Source: Lytechinus pictus
Lineage: Eukaryota
Direction: 5' to 3'
Assembly: GCF_037042905.1 (NCBI RefSeq)
Contig: NC_087245.1
Span: 25,360,001 to 25,424,000, forward strand
Length of the DNA stretch: 64,000 nucleotides
In this document: piece after piece, positions 13,701-26,123 of the stretch
Layout: each line of letters starts with the position of its first letter
How positions within the stretch are numbered: position 1 is the stretch's first letter
Notes under the pieces: generated by a model
What the model saw: the letters and a program-made list of their open reading frames with translations, nothing else
Databases searched by the model: none
Told to the model about the DNA's origin: nothing
Program-made: the position numbers and the translations under genes

Positions 13701-16459
13701 ATCTTCTCGTAATATTTTTTATTATGCAACTCAGTGAAATGTTTTATACAAGATCATGCCTTGTCTTATTATTGATTACTGCTTTATGTAACATAGTTTG
13801 ATTTTATCCGAAGACTTTGAAGCTTTATTGTGTTTAATGAATATATCTTGAGTTGTGCTATCTCTCGTGTTGAGGGAGACAGAGGGAGAATGTTTGTATT
13901 TACTGATAATAAAGTGATGTTTGTATTTTCTTGACTATTTTCCTGTGTCATGAATGCCGCATTTTTAGTAGGGCTTCTTGTATAGAGTTGTCTTCTTTCA
14001 ATAAAAACTAGGAATTGTCTTTGAAAAGAACAAAGCTTGATTTTGTTATATCTTTTTTATTTTGTTTCGAGAGTATTGTGATGATATTTTGATATGCATC
14101 TTTCACCTTCCATTTTGGTTTTCATTTATTCATGAATATATACAGGCCAAACTAATGGTTTGGAGGTTGATTTCAACATTGATTCGTTTAACTCTTCTCT
14201 CCTTCCATTCTGGTACATGCACACTAATTTGGTCCACTTCAGTTCTTGACAATCGCTTCCTAGTTACTTCTCACTATATCTCTACTTCATCTTTTGAAAA
14301 CTGCAGCGAATTTTTAGACCAAATTCGCGGTTTGCGGGTAGTGCATCGCGACGCCGATTACTTTTCATGAACTAATGTCATGGTAAAAAAATGGCTCAAT
14401 TTCACTGTAAATATGGGGGTCCCTCTTTCACAATTATAACGGGGGAAAAGGGTGAAATGAGATGGAAAGATCCAGTAGACATAAAAATTGTGAAGGTGAA
14501 TCAGTTTTAAAGCACGGGTTGGAAGAGCAAAGAAAGTTCATGGAATGATAATGTGATCGAGGCAAGAAATGATAGCTAGCTATTGATCTATGCATACCTC
14601 CTCCCCTCAGACATACCCTGGTATTACGCCGCAAGTAAAAAGCTCGTACGATGACGTTTCGTGACTTTTCTTTCTCGCGCAACTTTTTTTAAAGACTATT
14701 TTGCGACGCCTGCGGGTAGCATTCCCGAAATTGCCCAACAATTTTAGATTTTTTTTTGAAGGGGAAGGGGTGGGGGGTGGGATAAGCCACTCAAGGTTGT
14801 TTTAATATTAGCTCTTGAATTATTCAATTAGGAAAAAGTAAAGAATTCATATTCTTTTTCTTTTCTTCCTTCCTTTTTATTTTGTTTTCTTGGATGCAAA
14901 ACCAGTTTAAAGGTGCTTCAACCAATCAAGCTTTAAGCTTATGTTGCAACACCTTTGTATTTCATTATTTACTTGTGTTTTATATATATTTATATATTAT
15001 CTGTGTATTATTTTACATTGTACATTGTGAACATGCATGCATGAATAAATAAATAAATAAATAACTTATACCAGTTAATAAATAGAGGAATAGCTTTAGT
15101 TAAATGAGATGAAATGAAATGAAATAGTTATTAAAAATGGAAAACCATGGTGAGATTGCCGTTCCACGTCTTTCGTTGCGTTCTGACTAGTTGCCCTAGT
15201 TTTTTTCTAATCCCCTTGGATTAACGGCCATGAGTGATGTCGTAATTCTGCTACAAGGGTCCAGCTGATTATTCTGTGTATTCCCTGTGAGATCGTAAAT
15301 TAGCTTCTGCAGACATTGAGCGCTGACGATTCAATACCTTGATACATTTAAAGGAATTCGCAATTAAAGCATCTAGCAGAGTAAACAAAGTTATAAATTA
15401 ATTTCAGATTTGTCCTCGGTTACTTTATATAGCCTACTAGTACCAAAGAAGTGTAGTCGGTGAATTTAGAGATCGGGATTATTTCTTATATGAAAGTTTT
15501 CGAGTAGTAAAAAGATAAATAAATAAGAAGGAAAATGATGTAGGCCCGTTTAACTTGTTTTTTGCTTCATTGTGAATTTGAAGATTTCCCCTCGGGTTTA
15601 GTGCTTCTTGCCTTTCTTCATTTAAAATTTACCCACCCCTCTCCGATTCGCTCTCTCCTCAATTCTTCTTGGCTCGGTGTTCTTTGGTGTGTGTTTTTTC
15701 TAGTCCTTTTTGACCTCATATGGCCCTGTTTGGGTGTGAACGTTCAAGACCACATGTCACCAGCCTCACGCTCTGAGGGATGAGATAACTGATTGTTTCA
15801 TTTCAACATTAACGATCAAAAATACGTTTCGAGCTTGATTACATACACCGCTCACTTCATTCGAGTAACCTTTTTTTGCTCTGCTACTTCGGCACAGATG
15901 AGATCAGATGATCAATATAGGCTGTCCGAATCAACGATTTCTGTCTGGAAATTTGAATGATTTGATGATTCAACTTTGTCACGTGTGTATTTGGGATTTC
16001 CCCTAAACCATTCAAGAAAAGATCACGGGAGGAAAACTTCAACTCTTTCTTGAGAATTTGTTAATATTACTGTTTGTCTGTTCAATGGAGAAATAGATTT
16101 CAGACATTGACGTGGTATAATGTGTCTACGGTCGACGTCATATGGCATTAGGCATTACAGTCAGTATTTGATTATCGACAGAAACTGTTTGCGAGAGTGT
16201 GTTGTCAAGCTTCGTTGAATGTGTACTTCTTTAAAGGTTTACGTAAAAAAGTCAAACTCTTACTTAGCAGGTCTTAGTATTACATGCATCATAATTATTT
16301 CGCAAAGGGTTATTTTACATTTTACTGTCATTGACGATGAAAGTGACATCAAGAATCAAGCGCGGTTTTTAATTCATTCAGTGACGCAAATGGTAATCTT
16401 TAGCGTCAAGTAGAAAAAAAAACTTTGATTACTAGCTTCGAAATTAATAACAATGCGAT

Positions 16460-16783
16460 ATGTCGGTTACAGTCAAACTGTTCGCCACAATCGCAACCTT
16501 GTGTCTCCTCCATCGCTGTTACCGTTGCGTCAGAAGATGGTCCCGTCTGTATCAACGCGCCAAGTACATGAACCAAAACGTCCCCTCTGTCCAACCTCAT
16601 TGGTTGTGGGGCAATGTTTTTGACAACCCGGGAATCTTCCAAGCAGGTCTAGATTGGCACATCAAAGCAGTGTCGAGATGCAGACGTATGCTTGTCTATT
16701 GGGGGTTCTGGACGCCATGTTTAATTCTCAACCATCCGGACACGATGAAGGAAATCTTAAAGAGCTCCACCATTTCTCGACGG
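16460..16783 (+). CDS. Cytochrome P450, clan-4-like, exon 1
   Basis: ATG, hydrophobic anchor, basic stretch, then VPSVQPHWLWGN (CYP4-type P.HWL.G) and LNHPDTMKEIL. Donor cgg|gtgag. Confidence 0.85.
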
Positions 16784-17247
16784 GTGAGAGGTGTTCTTCT
16801 CATAATTCTCGTTTTTATATCTCAATTATCATTTATCATTGTATAGGCATACTTTACCTCAATCGAAGAAGGGAGAAAATGACAGCTATTTTATACGAAT
16901 TAAAAATAGTCTAAATGATCTATCGAAATTATGTTGAGAATATACTGAAATGGAACAGGAATGACAGGGTAAGGCATAAGAAAACAATTGTAATGAAAAT
17001 GAGAAACGAGAGTTTATATAGGGCTACCTCAAAATTAATACGGAATTAGACGTAATCCATTATATAAACCATTTTTAAGAATTAGATTTATCATAGTGTT
17101 TATTGAACTCAGGTCCCGGCATATATACAGACCTGTTTTATGTTGACACTGAATCTCACTCTTTCGTTTTATCCATTCAAGCATTTACGAATTGTACTAT
17201 TTTTGCAGTAATTTTCTGGTTTTACCAAATTCATCTTGATTTGATAG

Positions 17248-17403
17248 CCAGCTGGCCGGACTGGTTACCATATTCTCGGGGAATGGCTAGGCCAAGGTAT
17301 CGCTACCTCTGATGGATCTCATTGGAGACGGAATCGTAAACTTGTGATGCCGTTTTTCCAGTCGAATTGTATAAGGAAACATCATGTGCCAGTTATTAAT
17401 AAG
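17248..17403 (+). CDS. Cytochrome P450 exon 2
   Basis: gatag| acceptor and |gtatgg donor. PAGRTGYHILGEWLGQGIATSDGSHWRRNRKLVMPFF includes WLG.G..TS.G..W and the C-helix WxxxR. Confidence 0.9.
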
Positions 17404-17660
17404 GTATGGAACAATTTCTTCTTAGGGGCTGGGAAATGTAGTTGGGGGTCAATGTTTCATTTAGATAGTCAATGAGTTTCATCATAACAACAGGAGATAA
17501 CACATATGGTAAAGATATATAATCTATATTTCAATTACATTCGTCATTGGAGGAGTCATTGAACCCGGGCATTGTCGGAATAGTGTTTGCTTCCAGTTAT
17601 GCACACTTTCTCCGGCTCTCCATTTTTTTTGTATGTATCATCCTTTTTCCTTTTCCTTTT

Positions 17661-17922
17661 TACTGGCATATAATAAGAATGAAGAAGAAGTTAATATGTA
17701 TTAGTTCCGTATGTTAACTTTTAGAGTCAGTGGTCTGGGTTTTTTTTTATTCAACGTAATCGAATAAAGTTTAAAATCAGAATAACGATACTGGCATACA
17801 TGTATAAAAAGAATGAAGAAGAAGCTAATATGTATTAGCTCCGTATGTTAACTTTTAGAGTCAGTGGTCTGGGTTTTTTTTATTCAACGTAATCGAATAA
17901 AGTTTAAAATCAGAATAGCGAT
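17661..17922. repeat. Tandem duplication, unit about 130 bp, in CYP intron 2
   Basis: TACTGGCATA...GAATAAAGTTTAAAATCAGAATA occurs twice head-to-tail. Confidence 0.9.
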
Positions 17923-18080
17923 ATGTGTTAGGGCATTTCATATGTAGGAAAGGGGGGGGGGGCGCAAAGGACGTATTGGTGACGAGACCCTTTTTTTCTC
18001 AATGGCCGCACCATGGTAATACATTTACCCGACCTATATGCCTATCTTTTTTATTCTCTTCTTTTTGTTCCCCCCCCCCC

Positions 18081-18916
18081 TTTTGTCTCACCTGCATAGC
18101 AGAGTGATACTATAGGCGCCGCTTTTCCGACGGCGGCGCGGCGGCGTCAACAACAAATCTTAACCGAAGATAACGTTTTTGAAATAACAGCATAACTTAT
18201 ATAGACCTAGTTCATGAAACTAAGACACAAGGTTAATCAAGTATTACTTAACATCCTGCTTGAGTTTCAGGTCACATGACCAAGATCAAAGGTCATTTAG
18301 GGTCAATGAACTTTGGCCAAGTTGGGGGTATCTGTCGAATTACCATCATAACTTTAAAAGTTTATGAATCTGATTCATGAAAATTAAGCATAAGCTTAAT
18401 CAAGTATCACTGAACTGCCTGTGCGAGTTTCAGGTCACATGATCAAGGTCAAATTTCCTTTAAGGTCAATGAACTTTGGCCATGTTGGGGGTATTTGTTG
18501 AAAAGCCATCATAACTCTGAAAGTGTATGGATCTTGTTCATAAAACTTGAACGTACGAGTAATCAATTATCACTGAACATCTCATGCGAGTTTCAGGTCA
18601 CATGACCAAAGTCAAAGGTCATTTAAGGTTAATGAACTTTGGCCATTTTGGAGGTAATTATTAGATTGCTGTCATAACTTTCAAAGTTTATAGATATAGT
18701 TTATAAAATGTGGACATAGGGGTAATCAAGTATCACTGACAAGTCTTGGGTCGCATGATCAAGGTCAAATGTCATTTATTGTCAGTGAACATATTAATGT
18801 ATCTTTATATGAATGGTGTTTTTTGTGAATTATTTTATAGTAGTTTTCAAAATCAGCACTGTTGCTATATTGAATCGTGTGATGCAGGTGAGACTGCCAA
18901 AGGCGCTACACTTGTT
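18081..18916 (+). mobile_element. Helentron/HINE (DINE-1-like) non-autonomous element with about 163-bp internal tandem repeats
   Basis: Subterminal inverted repeat GTCTCACCTGCAT (18085) / ATGCAGGTGAGAC (18882). T-rich ends, short 3' tail ending CTTGTT, no TSD. Units begin GAGTTTCAGGTCACATGA at about 18262, 18425 and 18588. Confidence 0.65.
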
Positions 18917-18980
18917 TTCTTTTCACTATAACGCCGGCCCTTGATGTACTCACAATTAAACTAATTTCATTTTTTCCCAG

Positions 18981-19174
18981 GCTACTGACATTCTCCTAGA
19001 TAAGCTTGCAATCAAAGCAGACTCTGCCACACCCTTTGACTTCAGTCACATGATGTTCAATTTATCAGGTGACATCATATACCGCGTGGCGCTCTCTCAT
19101 GAGCTTGGTTGCCAGCAAGGTGGTTCCCCGGTTCTTGATTCACTCAATGTACTTACCGAGATCGGGACTTCCAG
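18981..19174 (+). CDS. Cytochrome P450 exon 3
   Basis: ttcccag| acceptor and |gtgaga donor. ATDILLDKLAIKADSATPFDFSHMMFNLSGDIIYRVALSHELGCQQGGSPVLDSLNVLTEIGTS. Phases are consistent. Confidence 0.85.
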
Positions 19175-19747
19175 GTGAGAAAAAAATAAAACAGCTATGA
19201 ACATACTTATTTTATTCTTTTTTCTTACTATTTATTTTCGGAAAGTTTCGTTTCATTAAAAAAAAAAGAAACATTTGTCATTTTCATTTAAAGGAAAATG
19301 GAAATAAGAGAAATAATGATATTATTGCTCTGTCAAAGAAGCCCGTGGGATCTTATCGGTGAAAAAAATGTTCCCAAGCTGATTTTAGTGGTATCATCTT
19401 TTACGCCGGTTTTAATAGGACACAAGCTTGGTTGCCAGCAAGCTGGTTCCCCGGTTCTTGATTCACTCAATGTACTTACCGAGATCGGGACTTCCAGGTG
19501 AGAAAAAAATAAAACAGCTATGAACATACTTATTTTATTCTTTTTTCTTACTATTTATTTTCGGAAAGTTTCGTTTCATTAAAAAAAAAGAAACATTTGT
19601 CATTTTCATTTAAAGGAAAATGGAAATAAGAGAAATAATGATATTATTGCTCTGTCAAAGAAGCCCATGGGATCTTATCGGTGAAAAAAAGGTTCCCAAG
19701 CTGATTTTAGTGGTATTATCTTTCACGCCGGTTTTAATAGGACACAA
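19102..19747 (+). repeat. 323-bp tandem duplication covering the 3' part of CYP exon 3 and its splice donor
   Basis: 19102-19424 is nearly identical to 19425-19747. Confidence 0.95.
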
Positions 19748-19843
19748 GAAAAAGTGATCAAACTTAGGTATAGGTCCCATGAAAATACTTAGGCCTACTT
19801 TTCCATTTCCATAATCGTTGATTATCTTTTTTATAATTCAAAG

Positions 19844-19991
19844 AATCTTGAATCCAATCATGGCGAATGACTTTCTTTTTCGGATGACATCGAAATACAA
19901 CATGTGGATTGAAGCGTTGGAAGTGGTGAACAAACTTTCAGAACAACTTATACAAGAGAGGAGGCGACAACACACGCAGGAATCGTGCGAG
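19844..19991 (+). CDS. Cytochrome P450 exon 4
   Basis: tcaaag| acceptor and |gtgagg donor. RILNPIMANDFLFRMTSKYNMWIEALEVVNKLSEQLIQERRRQ (F-G region, CYP4-like D.LF and I.ERR). Confidence 0.85.
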
Positions 19992-20094
19992 GTGAGGGCC
20001 TTCTCATACACCTGTCATATTTTGGTTCCTAGTATGATATGAATCTATGCATAGGAAAAATTATACAGGACTTTCCAGAAAAGGGAAATCCATT

Positions 20095-20667
20095 TGGTCA
20101 GATGCATAAAAAGTATCTTTCGCTTTTGCTAGGCTTTTGCTTGATTCTGTATGCATAAAATGAGCGAGCAACTGCTTTTTTTCTAGTAAGTTCAAACAAT
20201 CGCTAATTGACTGCTAGCATTTCTTTGACTGTTAAGCTATTGCTAAAAAGCATATGCATAAAGCGAATATTTCGTTTGTGCTTTTAAGCACTTGCTTGTG
20301 TTTTTCAAGCTCCGTCAGAGCAGCTTGAGCGTTTGCTTGATCAGGGCGTTCGCGGTTTGTAATCATGTTTATGCACCTGAGAGAGAACCCCAATGTGTAC
20401 TGTAGCCTACATGTACATGTTTAATTCCTAAGTGCAATCCAAATGCCAAATATATAAATTTGTCAAAAAGAAACAAGTTGCCTTTTCTGTAAGTCGTGTT
20501 CGTACCGTGACGTCGCTATTGCTCAAACCGGCTTTGCTTTCTGAAGGCAAGAAAAGGATTCCAGCACTAGCAAAGTGTTATGCATATGATATTTGTATGA
20601 AATAAAGCAATTGCTGATGCATGATCTATTGCTTGCCAGCATTTGCTACTTTTTATGCATCTGACCC
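20095..20667. mobile_element. MITE (Harbinger-like) in CYP intron 4
   Basis: TIR GGTCAGATGCATAAAAAGTA...TACTTTTTATGCATCTGACC. Truncated relatives at 20836-20946 and ending at 28660. Confidence 0.8.
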
Positions 20668-21493
20668 ATACTCAGACCTCTCATACTTCTCTTATTTCTT
20701 ACCTTTTCATCCTCTTGTTTTGTTTTGTTTTTTAACCCTTTAACCTTTTTTTTCTTTAAATTTCTTGAAATATCACAAAACTGGTCGCCCCTCCCCTGTC
20801 CTGTGGCGCCGCTCTCGAGATCTGTCCTTGACAATGGGTCAGATGCATAAAAAGTAGCAATTGCTTCAAGCAATAGCTAGTCAAGCACAAGCAATAGCTA
20901 GCCAAGCAAAGAATCATGCATCAGCATTTGCTTTATTTCATACAAACACTCGCGTTTGAATCTGCATCCAATCCCATTTAAAGATTTAGTGAAAGAAAAA
21001 TCACAATAGAAATGTTAAAAATGAGCCATCTTTTTTCTTTCTTTTAAGCGTAATCTCATCCTTTCCAAATCTTGACCACTTTCACTGTGCTGCTAGATGT
21101 TGACAGTGAAATTTCTAGCTATTCTTGCTCATCGATGCGTATAATTTCAATATCATTATCATTATATCAAATAGAAAGTAAAACTAGACTTCATGATAGC
21201 GTAAATGAAATATCATAAAATCATTTTCATGGGTAATGGTGGGGAAAATAACTGAGATCCTCTGTTTTATTTTGTTTTGTTTTGGGTTGACCTTCTAAAA
21301 TCTAAATCCTTTGAAATATATGGAATTGTGAATACTTTCCCTTTTAATGAAATGACAAATAAGATGCTGATACCCGGCAAGCTTTTGGCATAAGACAGAT
21401 TAGTACGTTGAATTTCACTTCACACTTTATTATTACACCTCTCCACGAGAGATATGAAAAATAATATTCTATTTTAAATTCTCTTTCAATTAG

Positions 21494-21586
21494 GCAGCGA
21501 CGAAATCAAGTGACCTGCTTGACACTCTTCTTCTCTCGACCTACTCTGATGGAAAACGACTAACGCATCGAGAAATCCGAGACGAG
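21494..21586 (+). CDS. Cytochrome P450 exon 5
   Basis: attag| acceptor and |gtaacg donor. AATKSSDLLDTLLLSTYSDGKRLTHREIRDE (D.LD.LL....DG..L...EIR.E). Confidence 0.9.
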
Positions 21587-21664
21587 GTAACGGTCAATGA
21601 ATATTCTTGACAATATTGTTTTCTACGGAGCCCGGGAGGGGACATGCATGACAATTTTTTTTTA

Positions 21665-21966
21665 ATAAGTCGTTCCCACCACTTATAAGTCGTTCCCACC
21701 ACTTATAAGTCGTTCCCACCACTTATAAGTCGTTCCCACCACTTATAAGTCGTTCCCACCACTTATAAGTCGTTCCCACCACTTATAAGTCGTTCCCACC
21801 ACTTATAAGTCGTTCCCACCACTTATAAGTCGTTACCACCACTTATAAGTCGTTCCCACCACTTATAAGTCGTTCCCACCACTTATAAGTCGTTCCCGCC
21901 ACTTATAAGTCGTTCCCACCACTTATAAGTCGTTCCCACCACTTATAAGTCATTCCCACCACTTAT
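21665..21966 (+). repeat. Minisatellite, 15 x 20 bp (ACTTATAAGTCGTTCCCACC), left TIR
   Basis: Counted directly. No spacers. Confidence 0.97.
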
Positions 21967-24900
21967 TTATAACTACCACGTGATGTCATATAATTATGAA
22001 GAAGGGAGCAGTACGCCGCGCCCGCTAACTCCGGGAAGCTCCGACGCCGACGCCGAAGCTCTCAAACCAAGCCTGGCGAAAATCATCGAAATCGATGGAT
22101 ATAGCGCCAACGTCAACAGACCCGGGTACCCAACATTATAACAACAACAAGAAGAAGACCGGCAGGAAGTTGGTTGGATATTCGATATTCGATATTAAAA
22201 AATTAGGGGTCTTGAAAGCTAACTAGGGGGTTAAACAGGTGCAGCACGTCTCGGGCAACCATAACAACACTGTCACTGGCCTGCCCTAGTAAGAGGACAT
22301 TCAGGGGACAAACGTCAGTGAATAAAAGGGCAGAAAATTGTTATTTTTTTAATTTTTCTTTTCAAGGGGCCCCCAGGGATATCCCGACGGCCTAGCCAGG
22401 GTAACCATGTATCCTATCTTGTATAACTGGACTCGGGCAACAAGATATGCACTAGTTTAACCCGGCGCATGCACATTTAGGGGGCTCAAATTAAATAAAT
22501 TAAAGGAATAAAGGGCTATTTATCGCATCTTTTCAATTTAAAAAAGTATTTTTTGCAAGGGGCCCCCAGGGATATCCCGACGGCCTAGCAATGGTAACCA
22601 CGTATCCTATCTTGTAGAACTGGACTCGGGCAACAAGATAAGCACTAGTTTAACCCGGTGCATGCACATTTAGGGGGCTCAAATTAACAAAATTAAAGGA
22701 ATAAAGGGCTTTTTATCGCATTTTTTCAATTAAAAAAAACATTTTTTTTTTCAAGGGGCCTCCAGGGATATCCCGACGGCCTAGCAAGGGTAACCACGTA
22801 TCCTATCTTCTAGAACAGGACTTGGGCAACAATATACACACTAGCTTGACCCAGCGCATGCACATTTGGGGGGGGGGTAAATTAACAAGGAATACGGGCT
22901 ATTTCAAGCATGGGGAACCACGGTCCCCCCATCCGTTAGGGTTGCCGCCAATGGGTAGAGTAAAAAACAACAAAGAAAGAGAGAAGACAAAAATAAAAGA
23001 GAGAGAAGCGAAAGGGAGAGATAGGAAAGAAAAGGAGGGGGAAAGGGAGAGAAAGAGAATGGAGGGGTCATATTATTGTATGACCAGGATATTTTATGAT
23101 TATGCCCTGAACATTAGGGCGAAGCTCAATGCGAGATTAGAACAAAAAAGAGGGGGCACACCATGGCGCACGCAGCAAATATTTGCTTAATAATAAGTCT
23201 CGAGCGAGCGAAGTGAGCGAAAAAAATCACCTGTAATTTTGAGATTGATTTTGACATGAAATGCAGAAAATGACATCATATCTTTCATCTTCCTTTTCTT
23301 TCTTTCCTTTTATTATTTCTTTTTTGTTCTCGGTTGTAGAACTTTTTTTTTTTGGGGGGGGGGCAGTGCTATGCGGTTCGGGTCCGGGGCAATGACGACA
23401 CCAGGGTTTTTAACCTAGGATGAGGCAAACAAACATTTTGGGGCCGGGGGGATGACACACATTTTTAAAAAAATCGAGCGAGAGTTGCGAGTTAATTTTA
23501 TTTTTATATGCAGTCCCTACTGAATGAAAAAGGGACCTGTTAAGGATCAGCTGTTTCCATTAATTGGGTTATGAAGATGATATCTCACCAAATAAATAGT
23601 GCGAGCGCGAAGCGCGAGCCGAAAATTTTTGATATCCGGGATGATACCTGGCCGTTCTAAGCTTTTTTTTAAATTATGAACTGAATGGCTATCTAATTCG
23701 CTGAAAATATATCATTTTTGAAAATTATGAATTCGCAGGATAATGTATCTTGCTAAAACGAATAATGAAAACTCTAATAATATTGGATTTTTAAGCCCCA
23801 TGTGAAAAGATAATCATTAATAACTGCGAGCGCGTAGCGCGAGCTACATTTTGAATTTTATATAATGGCCTGAAAGATTTATGTTAGTGACTAAAATTGT
23901 TGGGAGCTAAATGCTGTGACGGTGAATGGATGAGAAAATTGTTAAAATTTAAAGAACTAAAAACATTTTTGGAGAATTATATACATTTTTTTTCCTTCAA
24001 ATTTCGGGGGGGGGGCTCAATGGGGCCTCCCCATTCGGTGGCGCCATGCACTGTTCTGGGGCGGAGCCCCCGGAACCTCGTGATATTTTTAAACATTGCA
24101 GATGGCCATTTTTTATCAAATCGCGGGTACATACACCACATATTATATTAAGTTCAACGCAGTTGCGGATAATAAACAAAATATGTTGAGGCAGCACACC
24201 AAAGCAAATGTGGAATAATTAATTTTGAAAAAGTAGCCAGCGAGCGAAGCAAGCCAGAAAATTTTGGCCTTTAAAATGATTTTGAAATCAAATTCTAATT
24301 ATGTGATAGTAGCTTTGGAAATTTAGTCGATCAATCAATCAATAGATTTGGAATTAGTCACGCGATATCGTCTAAAAGAGACATTTTAGTTCATTAAAAT
24401 TTATTGGAGGGGTATAACTCCTTGCTAACTAAATAAATTGAAGGCTAAACATGCAAAATAAAATGTCTCATGAGAATCATTCGAAGATCATAGGAGCTTT
24501 ATACTCATATTTTATATCATGACAATACGTTTTGTATCGATATACGCCCCCATCTTTTCTCCAAGAGATGACGATCTACAACAGAAAGCTAAAGATATTC
24601 ATTCGACCCAACCCATTCTCATTTTTTTTTTTGGTAAGTTGATTACAAAAAAGAGTATGTATAATGATTAGACTGATTATATAAACAAAGAATGAGCAAC
24701 CACTGAACAAATTTTGTGCAAATGAAAGAAAAATACAGGTGTCACTAAGATTTCGGAACTATTTTATTGGCGGAGGAATTAGGACTTAGTATAATACTAG
24801 TAGATGAATAAGATCTGCTCATGAGATGCTTTAACGAGTTGCCCCCTAAATGTGCATGCGCCGGGTCAAGCTAGTGTTTATCTGGTTGCCCGAGTCGAGT

Positions 24901-25820
24901 TCTACAAGTTAGGATACGTGGTTACCCTGGCTAGGCCGTCGGGATATCCCTGGGGGCCCCTTGAAAAAATACTTTATTTTAATTATAAAAAATGCGATAA
25001 ATAGCCCTTTATTCCCTTTAATTTTGTTAATTTGAGCCCCCTAAATGTGCATGCGCCGGGTCAAGCTAGTGTTTATCTGGTTGCCCGAGTCCAGTTCTAC
25101 AAGATAGGATACGTGGTTACCCTTGCTAGGCCGTCGGGATATCCCTGGGGGCCCCTTGAAGAAATACTTTTTAAATTAAAAAAATGCAATAAATAGCCCT
25201 TTATTCCTTTAATTTTGTTAATTTGAGCCCCCTAAATGTGTATGCGCCGGGTCAAACTAGTGTTTATCTGGTTGCCCGAGTCCAGTTCTACAAGATAGGA
25301 TACATGGTTGCCCTGGGTAGGCCGTCGGGATGTGGGGGCCCCTCGAAAAGAAAAATAAAAAAAATAACAATTTTCTGCCCTTTTATTCACTGACGTTTGT
25401 CCCCTGAATGTCCTCTTACTAGGGCAGGCCAGTGACAGTGTTGTTATGGTTGCCCGAGACGTGCTGCATCTGTTTAACCCCCTAGTTAGCTTTCAAGACC
25501 CCTAATTTTTGAATATCGAATATCGAATATTGGTCCAACTTCACACGCGTTTGAATATCGAACCTGAATATCAAACCAACTTCACAGTTTGAATATCGAA
25601 TATCGAATATCCAACCAACTTCCTGCCGGTCTTCTTCTTGTTGTTGTTATAATGTTGGGTACCCGGGTCTGTTGACGTTGGCGCTATATCCATCGATTTC
25701 GATGATTTTCGCCAGGCTTGGTTTGAGAGCTTCGGCGTCGGCGTCGGAGCTTCCTGGAGTTAGCGGGCGCGGCGTACTGCTCCCTTCTTCATAATTATAT
25801 GCCATCACGTGGTAGTTATA

Positions 25821-26123
25821 AATAAGTGGTGGGAACGACTTATAAGTGGTGGGAACGACTTATAAGTGGTGGTAACGACTTATAAGTGGTGGGAACGACT
25901 TATAAGTGGTGGGAACGACTTATAAGTGGTGGGAACGACTTATAAGTGGTGGGAACGACTTATAAGTGGTGGGAACGACTTATAAGTGGTGGTAACGACT
26001 TATAAGTGGTGGGAACGACTTATAAGTGGTGGTAACGACTTATAAGTGGTGGGAACGACTTATAAGTGGTGGGAACGACTTATAAGTGGTGGGAACGACT
26101 TATAAGTGGTGGGAACGACTTAT
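25821..26123 (-). repeat. Minisatellite, 15 x 20 bp, right TIR (reverse complement of the left array)
   Basis: TATAAGTGGTGGGAACGACT units counted directly. Confidence 0.97.

Noticed and set aside
19298..19501. ORF ending LGCQQAGSPVLDSLNVLTEIGTSR as a second CYP gene
   Set aside because: It is the duplicated tail of exon 3 within a 323-bp tandem duplication.
21665..26123. 20-bp repeat arrays as a CRISPR array
   Set aside because: Units abut with no unique spacers, form the two arms of an inverted repeat, and lie in a spliceosomal intron. No cas genes are present.
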